From: Alphaproteobacteria bacterium
GTDB taxonomy: Bacteria; Pseudomonadota; Alphaproteobacteria; SP197
Reading direction: 5' to 3'
DNA length: 64,000 bases
Assembly: GCA_964291265.2 (NCBI GenBank)
Contig: OZ219747.1
Span: forward strand, 3,968,001-4,032,000
How positions within the stretch are numbered: position 1 is the stretch's first letter; each line of letters begins with the position of its first letter. This document shows, piece by piece, positions 18,283 through 27,306 of the stretch. Position numbers and translations under genes: made by a program. The notes beneath the pieces are model-generated. The model saw only the letters and a program-made list of their open reading frames with translations. It did no database searches and had not been told where the DNA came from.

Positions 18283-19454
18283 GAGATTGCCCCCGGTGCG
18301 CCTTCCTTCAGACAGCTGCCGAGCTCCGGGCGAACCGGACCGCTGGCGCCGCCGTGGAGAATGGCAAGACCACTGCCGGCCTCGAACAAGTGAAGCTGCT
18401 CAAGATCGACGTAGAGAGGTATCCTGGCGCCGGCAACTGCCTGGAAGGTCGATCCCTGCCTCACCGAGATCTCCTGTCCACCGCCAAGGTCGGCAATGAG
18501 GATGACTTCCGGACCCAGGATCTCGACAGCAACCACGGTGCTATCGACCCTGTGATGGGCGCCCTCCGCGAGCTCCTCCGTGTGAACGTTCTCGGGACGG
18601 ATGCCGACAACCACCTCGGAACCGGCATGCCGTCTCAGAGGCGCCTGGCGGTGGCGCGGTATGGGCAGGCTGACTGCCGACAGGTCGACCTCGTTGACAC
18701 CGTGATGACCGGACAGCCTCCCCTTGAGAAGATTCATCGGCGGGCTGGCAAGGAATCCAGCGACAAACGAGTCCGCCGGATGGCGATAGACTTCGAGCGG
18801 CGGGCCGACCTGGATGACACGGCCTTCCCGCATGATGCAGATACGCTCTCCCATGGTCATGGCCTCGACCTGGTCATGGGTGACGTGCACGACGGTCTTG
18901 CCGAGCATGCGGTGAATCTTGATGAGTTCCGTGCGCATGGCGGCGCGCAGCTTGGCGTCGAGGTTGGACAGGGGCTCGTCGAGCAGGAACGCCTCGGGAT
19001 CACGGACCAGCGCTCTGCCCAGGGCTACCCGCTGTTGCTGGCCGCCACTGAGTTCACTGGGACGACGGTCCAGCAGGTTGTCGATGCCGAGCATGGCCGT
19101 GGTGTCGCGGATGCGCCTGTCGATGATCTCCTGCGGCGTCTTGCGAAGTTTCAGGCCGAAGGCAAGATTCCGTTCCACCGTCATGTGCGGATAGAGTGCG
19201 TAGTTCTGGAACACCACGGCAAGGTCGCGGTCTGCCGGATCGATGTCGTTGACGGTCTCGTCGTTGATCTTGAGGTTGCCCGACGTCACTTCCTCGAGGC
19301 CGGCAATCATCCTCAGCGTGGTTGACTTGCCGCAGCCGGAAGGACCCAGCAGGACCATGAACTCTCCTTCGCGGATCTCGAGGTCGATGTTGTCGACCGC
19401 GAGAATGTCCTGGCCGTAGACCTTGGTCACACCTTCAAGAACGATGCTCGCCAC
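18279..19454 (-). CDS. carbohydrate ABC transporter ATP-binding subunit (MalK/UgpC-like)
   Basis: GPSGCGKS, LSGGQQQR, LLDEPLSNLDAKLR, VTHDQ. Confidence 0.93.
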   Translation of the reverse strand: MASIVLEGVTKVYGQDILAVDNIDLEIREGEFMVLLGPSGCGKSTTLRMIAGLEEVTSGNLKINDETVNDIDPADRDLAVVFQNYALYPHMTVERNLAFGLKLRKTPQEIIDRRIRDTTAMLGIDNLLDRRPSELSGGQQQRVALGRALVRDPEAFLLDEPLSNLDAKLRAAMRTELIKIHRMLGKTVVHVTHDQVEAMTMGERICIMREGRVIQVGPPLEVYRHPADSFVAGFLASPPMNLLKGRLSGHHGVNEVDLSAVSLPIPRHRQAPLRRHAGSEVVVGIRPENVHTEELAEGAHHRVDSTVVAVEILGPEVILIADLGGGQEISVRQGSTFQAVAGARIPLYVDLEQLHLFEAGSGLAILHGGASGPVRPELGSCLKEGAPGAIS

Positions 19455-19466
19455 GCGCGGATCCTC

Positions 19467-20363
19467 CTATTTCAACGAATTCATGTACCGGTAGAGATAG
19501 GCCGTCAGGACCAGAATGATCACTAGGAGACCGGCAGCCATGGCGGAGGCGCGGCCGACATCGAGTCCGAAGAAGGCGGCACGGTAAATGTAGTAGCTGA
19601 TGAGATCGGTGGCCGTACCCGGGCCCCCCTTGGTCATGATGAAGATGATATCGAAGGTCTTGATGGCGAAGATCAGCCGCAACAGGATCGCCACCGCGAT
19701 CACCGGCCGCATCAGGGGCAAGGTGATGTGGATGAAGCAGCTGATGGTCGAAGCGCCATCCATACGCGCCGCTTCGTAGGGTTCCCGTGGCAGTGCGGCC
19801 AGGCCGGCGACCAGCAGGATGGCCATGAAGGAAACCTGGTGCCAGATATCGGTCAGCACCACGGTCCAGAAGGCGACATCGGCATCGCCGAGCCAGCTCA
19901 CCGGTGACATTCCAACGAGGCCAATGGCGTAGTTGACAATGCCGAGTTCCGAATGGAGCAGCATGCGCCACAGAAGACCGACGACGACGGGATTGATGAG
20001 AAGGGGCGCGAGCAGGATGAGGTAGTAGATCGATCCGAAGCGCCGGGTGGCATGGAGTGACAGGGCCACCGCAAAGCCGATGATGAATTCGATGACGATG
20101 GACGCCAGGACGAACTTCGTCGTCACCCAGAGCGAGCCCGGCAGATACTCCTCGTCAAGCGCCTCCTGGTAGTTCTCCACACCGACGAAGGTGTCGTAGT
20201 TGGGGGTCAAGAGCGTATAGTCGTGGACGCTCGTATAGAGCGTAAAGAATAGCGGAAACGTGATGACGATGAGAAGGGACAGGAGACCCGGCGCCGTGAG
20301 CAGGAGCCCAAAGCGCCGGTCTCTCCCGGCAAGTGTCAGTCCGTCGGCCGTGACCACGGACAT
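19467..20363 (-). CDS. carbohydrate ABC transporter permease
   Basis: hydrophobic segments; EAA loop YEAARMDGAS; start set to ATG 20363. Confidence 0.9.
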   Translation of the reverse strand: MSVVTADGLTLAGRDRRFGLLLTAPGLLSLLIVITFPLFFTLYTSVHDYTLLTPNYDTFVGVENYQEALDEEYLPGSLWVTTKFVLASIVIEFIIGFAVALSLHATRRFGSIYYLILLAPLLINPVVVGLLWRMLLHSELGIVNYAIGLVGMSPVSWLGDADVAFWTVVLTDIWHQVSFMAILLVAGLAALPREPYEAARMDGASTISCFIHITLPLMRPVIAVAILLRLIFAIKTFDIIFIMTKGGPGTATDLISYYIYRAAFFGLDVGRASAMAAGLLVIILVLTAYLYRYMNSLK

Positions 20364-20379
20364 GACTCTTCGTTTATAC

Positions 20380-21660
20380 CTATTCCTCGATCTTGCCGTC
20401 CTTGACGAGCAAGGCGTGCAGCTTCTCCTGCGCTGCGGCCATCGCCTCAGCGACCGGTTTTTCGCCGGTGGCCGCAAGATTGAGTTCGAGACCCACCTGT
20501 TCGACGAACTCGGTGGTGTACGTGAACACCGGGAAATCCTTCGTTCCAGCGAGGATCTCCCCCAGGATCGGATAATAGGGCCGTGCCGTGACGACATCGG
20601 AATCGGTGAAGATCCGGGCCTGGGTCGGCGCGCCGCCGAGCATGGCCCGCTCCTTGGCCACCGCCGCCGACTCAGCCCACTTCATGAAGGTCCATGCGGC
20701 TTCCTTGTTCGGGCTGGAGTTGGGAATCGCCCAGCCCCATCCACCATTGAGGCCGCCACCCGGATTGGGCGCGATGCCGACCTTGCCGGCGACCTCGGAG
20801 GACTCAGGATCCTCGAAACCGGCATAGAGGATGTTGAAGGTGACGAAACTGTAGGCCCGGCCCTGCGCCATCACGTTGAAGGCCTCGTCAAAGCAATACG
20901 CTTCGGAACCGGCCGGGCTGTAGTTCTCGACGGCCTCCCGGTAATACTCCATTGCCCGGATGGCTTCCGGAGAATCGAGCAGCGGGTTCCAGTTCTCGTC
21001 GTGGTAGAGGCCGCCCTGTGAATAGAGGTAGTTGGCCCACTGCATCGAGATGCAGTCACCACGCTGCCCCTGAATGACCGTGCCGTAGAGGTCCCTGTTG
21101 CCGTCCCCGTCGGTGTCGCGGGTGAAGAACTCGACCTGCTTCCAGTATTCGTCCCAGGTCTGCGGCACACGGAGCTCCATGCCGTAGGCATCCTGGAAAG
21201 CCGCCTGTTCGTCGACATCGTCGATCAGATCCTGGCGATAGATGAGCGCCATGGAGTAGTTGTAGAAGGGCAGCATGTAGAGAACGCCGTCAACCCTTCC
21301 CACGAGGTCCATGAGCTTCGGCACATAGACGTCGACATCGACGCCGTCGCGTTCGACGAGTTCGTCAAGCGGCATCAGCCAGCCAGCCTTGGTGAACTCG
21401 CCGACCCAGTAGAAGTCGACCACGATAAGATCGTAGCTTCCTTCCGGAGCAATGAGCTGCGGCACCAGTTTCGAGTGCATGTCGATGTAGCTGATGGCCT
21501 CGATTTCGACATCGATGCCGGTTTCCTCCTCGAACTGAGGCAGCAGTTCCTGGATATAGCGGGTATCGGGAACCGTCTCCATGAGGATACGGATGGTCTG
21601 TGCCTGGGCAGCGCTGATACCGAGGGCCAGCGCAGCCGCGGCAGAAAGAAACAATCTCAT
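20380..21660 (-). CDS. carbohydrate ABC transporter substrate-binding protein
   Basis: signal peptide (…AAQA), FEEETGIDV, GGWGWAIP…NKEAAWTF. Confidence 0.9.
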   Translation of the reverse strand: MRLFLSAAAALALGISAAQAQTIRILMETVPDTRYIQELLPQFEEETGIDVEIEAISYIDMHSKLVPQLIAPEGSYDLIVVDFYWVGEFTKAGWLMPLDELVERDGVDVDVYVPKLMDLVGRVDGVLYMLPFYNYSMALIYRQDLIDDVDEQAAFQDAYGMELRVPQTWDEYWKQVEFFTRDTDGDGNRDLYGTVIQGQRGDCISMQWANYLYSQGGLYHDENWNPLLDSPEAIRAMEYYREAVENYSPAGSEAYCFDEAFNVMAQGRAYSFVTFNILYAGFEDPESSEVAGKVGIAPNPGGGLNGGWGWAIPNSSPNKEAAWTFMKWAESAAVAKERAMLGGAPTQARIFTDSDVVTARPYYPILGEILAGTKDFPVFTYTTEFVEQVGLELNLAATGEKPVAEAMAAAQEKLHALLVKDGKIEE

Positions 21661-21724
21661 GATCTATCTCCCCTTGTGTTGAACAGTCATAGCGTCACTC
21701 AAATCTCCGTTCATCGATTGACGC

Positions 21725-22594
21725 CTACTTCAGTGCGCCCAAAGACAGGCCCTTGATGAGATAGCGGCGCAGGAAGGGCAGCAGCACCATGGCCGGAAGG
21801 ATGGCACAGATCGTCGCTGCCGACAGGAGCGCGATATCGACACCCCGGTGGGTCTGGAACGACGACAGACCCACCGGCAACGTATTCGTGTGCGGGCCGC
21901 TCAGGATGAGGGCATAGAGAAACTCGTTCCAGCTGAGCAGGAAGGCGAGAAGTCCGGCCGCCAGTATCCCCGGGGCCGCCACAGGCAAGGTGATGCGCAC
22001 CAGTGCCTGAAGGCGGGTGGCCCCGTCGGTGCGCGCCGCCTGCTCGAGCGTAGCCACCTCACCGTCGAAGAAGGCGACAAGCAGCCAGGCAAGAAAGGGC
22101 AGGCTGAGTGTCATGTGCGCCAGGATGAGGCCGGGGAGCGTGTTGATGAGCGACGCCTTGAGGAAGAGCGTGAAGAGCGGCAGAACAAGGATGACCGGCG
22201 GCAGCATCTGGCTCGACAGGACGAACAGACGCAGCGGCAGGCCTCCGGTGTTGTAGCGGGCAAAGGCGTAGGCCAGGCCCACCGCCAGCGGCAGGGCAAT
22301 GATCGTGGCGCCAAGGGCGACCGTGGTGCTGTTGAGGAAGTAGCTGAAGAACGGGTAGCCGGTGAAGATCTCGATGAAGTTGTCGAGATTCGCCTGACCC
22401 CACTCGGGCGGAATCCTGTAGGCCGTCGACTTGTCCGTCAGGGCGACCCGGAGCAGCCACACAAGGGGAAGCAGGATGACTGCGCTGAACACCACGAGGA
22501 TGCCGTGTGGCAACAGCCAGGACAGGGACTTCCAACGGCCCCGTTTCCGCATGGTACCGCGGCTGTTCGCAGTCATTCCCTCCTCGGCATCCAC
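21725..22594 (-). CDS. carbohydrate ABC transporter permease
   Basis: LEQAARTDGAT, FLLSWNEFLYA, TLPVG; start uncertain. Confidence 0.9.
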   Translation of the reverse strand: MDAEEGMTANSRGTMRKRGRWKSLSWLLPHGILVVFSAVILLPLVWLLRVALTDKSTAYRIPPEWGQANLDNFIEIFTGYPFFSYFLNSTTVALGATIIALPLAVGLAYAFARYNTGGLPLRLFVLSSQMLPPVILVLPLFTLFLKASLINTLPGLILAHMTLSLPFLAWLLVAFFDGEVATLEQAARTDGATRLQALVRITLPVAAPGILAAGLLAFLLSWNEFLYALILSGPHTNTLPVGLSSFQTHRGVDIALLSAATICAILPAMVLLPFLRRYLIKGLSLGALK

Positions 22595-23741
22595 GCGCGC
22601 ACAGAAGCTCCCTCACGGCATCTCAGGCGCGAAGTCTGCGCCATGGCCACAGCTTCTTCAACAGCAATCCGGCCGTCTGGGGTCGCTCTTTCATGGGCAG
22701 CGGCGGCGCTCTCCGTGCTGGTCCCGGTTCAGAGGACTGTCGCCAAGGGTGACGGAAGCACTCGACAGCAGCCATGCGGTCGCACGCATCGAACCGGCAG
22801 GAAGCAGCGTGGTCGGTAGCCGCACAGCCTGATGATCTCGACCACGGCATCGGCTTCGTCCATGTCGCCGGTTCCGCTGGCTGCAGCGACCGGACTCGAT
22901 CAATGGTGCGGATTCGTCGGCATCGGCGTTGAGCTCCACTCGGGTCGAATTCTTCGACGATCCGTGTTGATCGTCGCGCTTGCCGCCCGCCCGGAGCCAG
23001 GGTACGCGTCTTTTGTGCAACGCCGGCGAGGCGGTCGAGAGGTGGCAACAGACGTATCCCGGCGACACGGCGGAATTCGGTGTCGTTCAGGGTGACCCGC
23101 GCCTCGCGGATGTCCTCAGCGATCTGTCCCGACTGATCCGAGAGACACGAAGCCGATTGGTGGGTGGTCTCGTCTCGTCGTGGGGCCGGTGACGGTCTGT
23201 CCCTGGCCTGGGTCGCCAGGGCGCTGACTCAGGTGTGTTCACTCCTCGATGAGTCCCCCGACGTCACGGGGGCCAACGGCAACGCGGTCCCAAGAACTGG
23301 ATGGGCTGGCCGGTGTTCGACGTACCCGGGGGCTGACCGGCCCGCCGACCCGGCGTCGCTCCACGTGGCTGTTGCCCGTTGCCGGTTCGGATGACGGAGC
23401 GCTTGTGGTCCGTAGCATCCTCGACCGCGCCATGCTGTCGGGAGGGCGCATCAGCCGTGGTGACGTACCGATTCTGCGTGTGCAGTACAATGAAGCCGCC
23501 GGAGCGGACCTGTGGCGCATGCTGCAATTCCTCGAGTCCCGGATGTACCGTCCTCTCGCCGGACCCTGTCTCGGCTGCCTTGCCCGCGGGCCGGACATAT
23601 TCGGCGCCGTCCATCGGAAGATGGAGATCGTTCACGATGTCATGGGCGGCGTGCGGTAGCCTGATCCTTCTCCAACGGGGACGTGACCGCCTCTGCGCCT
23701 GCACCGAGGTTCTCACCCTGTTGAGGGACGATTGACCTCCA

Positions 23742-24755
<1,014 letters not shown>

Positions 24756-24979
24756 GATGCCGCTCCCGGAGATCATGATGTCGCGCTGTCCTTGTCTCGG
24801 CGGTGCAAGGCCGAACCTGGAGACGGGCGACCGTGGTCCGCTGCCCCTGATCGATGAGACCGCCGACAACCCGGTCGGTCGTCCAACCCGGATCACGATC
24901 AATCATGCACCGGCCTTCGGACAGGCCTCTCCCGGAAGACCACGGCATCAGGTGTTGCTCGGCCGGAGGATGTCATTGG

Positions 24980-26326
24980 TCATGAGGACGATGCCGGAAA
25001 GACGGTCCCCGGCGTGAAGGAGGCGATGGCCTCGTCGACAGTGCGCCGAAGGAGATCGACGATGGTATCGAGTTCGTCCATCGTCGCATTGTAGGGCGGC
25101 GCGATGATGATCTGATCGCCCCTGATGCCATCCACGTTGCCGCCGGTCGGATAGACGATGAGGCCCTTGTCGAATCCCGCCCGCATGATCCGTTGGAACA
25201 TGCGGGCATCGGGGCTGAAGGGTTCCGCCGTTTCCCGGTGCTCGACAATCTCGACGCCCTGGAAAAAACCCCGACCGCGGATGTCCCCGACATGGGGGTG
25301 CTGGCCGAGGGCTTCCTCGAGACGTGCACGCAGCACATCTCCCTTGGCCGCGACCCTGGCCACGAGGTCATCGCGCTCGATGATCCTCTGCACGGCGACG
25401 GCGGCGGCGCAGCAAGTGGTATGGGCGGTGAAGGTGTGGCCGGTGATCGGCAGACCGTCCACGGCGTAGATGGGTTCGGCGACCTTGGCAGAGAAGACAG
25501 CGGCGCCCAGGGGGAGGTAGCCGCCGCTCAGCCCCTTGGCGATGGACATGATATCGGGTTCCACGCCATCGTGTTCCAACGCTCGCCAAGTCCCGCAGCG
25601 CCCGACTCCGCACATCACCTCGTCGGCGATCATCAGCACCCCGGTCCTGTCACAGATCTCGCGGATAAGGCGCGCATAGCCGTCGGGCGCGGGAACCGCG
25701 CCTCCGGCGGCGCCGACAACCGGTTCGAAGATGAAGGCCGCGACATTCTCCGCTCCCAGACGAACGATCTCGTTCTCGAGTTCTCCGGCGCAGTATTCGG
25801 CAACGTCGCCGGGAGCGACCCCGGCCGGCGGCCTGTATGTGTTCACCGGCGAAAGACGGCTCGTTTCGATGAGCGAACCCCGGTAGGGACGCTGACGCTG
25901 GTGGAAGCCCGAGACGGAGAGGGCCCCCAGGGTGTTGCCATGCCATGAACGTTCGCGGCTGATGAAACGGACCCGCGAGGTCTCGCCCTGCGCCTGCTGG
26001 TACTGCAGTGCCAGCTTCAGGCAGCTCTCGACGGCCTCGGATCCGCCGGTGGTGAAGATGACGTGACCGAGGTCGCCTCCCGCCCGGCTTGTGATGATCT
26101 CCGTCAGTTCCTCGGCGGCGTCGCTGCGAAAGTGGAAACGATAGCCGAAGGCAATGTCGTCGAGCTGCATCCTGATCGCGTCATTCACCTCGCGGTTGCC
26201 GTGACCAATGCTGAAGGCGGCCGGCCCGCCCGATGCATCGATGTAGCGCCTGCCGTCGCGATCCCAGACGTGAATGCCCCGCCCGGATGCAATCTTGGGA
26301 AGCGTTGCAAGGGGGTCACTGATCAT
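24980..26326 (-). CDS. class III PLP-dependent aminotransferase
   Basis: GGSEAVE, SWHGNT, IADEVMCGVGR, IAKGLSGGYLP, GHTF. Confidence 0.92.
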   Translation of the reverse strand: MISDPLATLPKIASGRGIHVWDRDGRRYIDASGGPAAFSIGHGNREVNDAIRMQLDDIAFGYRFHFRSDAAEELTEIITSRAGGDLGHVIFTTGGSEAVESCLKLALQYQQAQGETSRVRFISRERSWHGNTLGALSVSGFHQRQRPYRGSLIETSRLSPVNTYRPPAGVAPGDVAEYCAGELENEIVRLGAENVAAFIFEPVVGAAGGAVPAPDGYARLIREICDRTGVLMIADEVMCGVGRCGTWRALEHDGVEPDIMSIAKGLSGGYLPLGAAVFSAKVAEPIYAVDGLPITGHTFTAHTTCCAAAVAVQRIIERDDLVARVAAKGDVLRARLEEALGQHPHVGDIRGRGFFQGVEIVEHRETAEPFSPDARMFQRIMRAGFDKGLIVYPTGGNVDGIRGDQIIIAPPYNATMDELDTIVDLLRRTVDEAIASFTPGTVFPASSS

Positions 26327-26549
26327 GTCGGACCGTCCACTGGCTGCACCGCCGTCGATACAGCGGGCAGCCGCGGTGTTCAAGCGCATCGCCCAATCAA
26401 GGTGGCCGATGGTTGGATCGGGCACACCTGAGTAGCGTGCCTGATCCTCCCCGACGAAGAACCGGTCGACAGAAGGACCCGTCGCGACCGGGAGGTGCCA
26501 TCGACGCGGTGACTGCCAATCACCGGCCCGATGCCCTTCTGCCTTCCGG

Positions 26550-27146
26550 TCAAACGGCTTGCCGACGGATGCCGTGTCTCTTTATCTTCGTCAACTTCAG
26601 GTTGGCAAACGGGAAGGGGTAATCATCGGGACCGACCTGCGCTTTCGAGCGGGGAGAAACACGGGCGACAAACATCTCGATCAGACGACATTCGGTCGAT
26701 TTGGGTTGCGAGGACTCAGCGTAGTGAACATACAAATCTTCCAAGACAGAAAGCGTCCTGATCCAATGGCCGCCCCGGTGAGGACTTCTTCTTCCCAACT
26801 TATGCCTGTACAAATCACGGATTCGGCAAAACAGTGGCCCTTCTGTCTGGCCGATGTACAGGGTGCTTTCGTCGGTCAGCCAGTATTTCCGCAGGCGGTT
26901 TGCAACGGCATCCGGCGTCGGATTGGGGTCGTCGTCTATACCGAGTTCGGTTGCGTGTGCGAGCCAGACCTCTATCGCGCCTGAATCGAGCGGCGCGGCG
27001 TCCAGCAGCGGTGCGTTGTACCCCGGATCCGGCGAAAGCGCGACGACATAGACACCCGACTTCGTGCTCTGCACAGGCTCGCCCCAAGGGACAACGCCAC
27101 CATGCGAGACGCCAGCCGCCGAAAACAGCTGAGAAATAGTCGACAT
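26550..27146 (-). CDS. hypothetical protein with GIY-YIG-like nuclease motifs
   Basis: GVYVV…LYIGQT…RI…SPHRGG…E…PFAN; lower GC than flanks. Confidence 0.6.
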   Translation of the reverse strand: MSTISQLFSAAGVSHGGVVPWGEPVQSTKSGVYVVALSPDPGYNAPLLDAAPLDSGAIEVWLAHATELGIDDDPNPTPDAVANRLRKYWLTDESTLYIGQTEGPLFCRIRDLYRHKLGRRSPHRGGHWIRTLSVLEDLYVHYAESSQPKSTECRLIEMFVARVSPRSKAQVGPDDYPFPFANLKLTKIKRHGIRRQAV

Positions 27147-27306
27147 GCAGAAATTCTCCTTTTTGCCTTTGTTTCATGTGTCTGCGAGACCGCACGCAAA
27201 CTCCGCGGCTCTCCAGTTTTCCCACACTCTATTCAGTCACCGGGATCGATGGTGTTATCGAGGCCGCACCCAAGAAACGCTTGTCACGAGCCCAGTGGAC
27301 GTCTTG

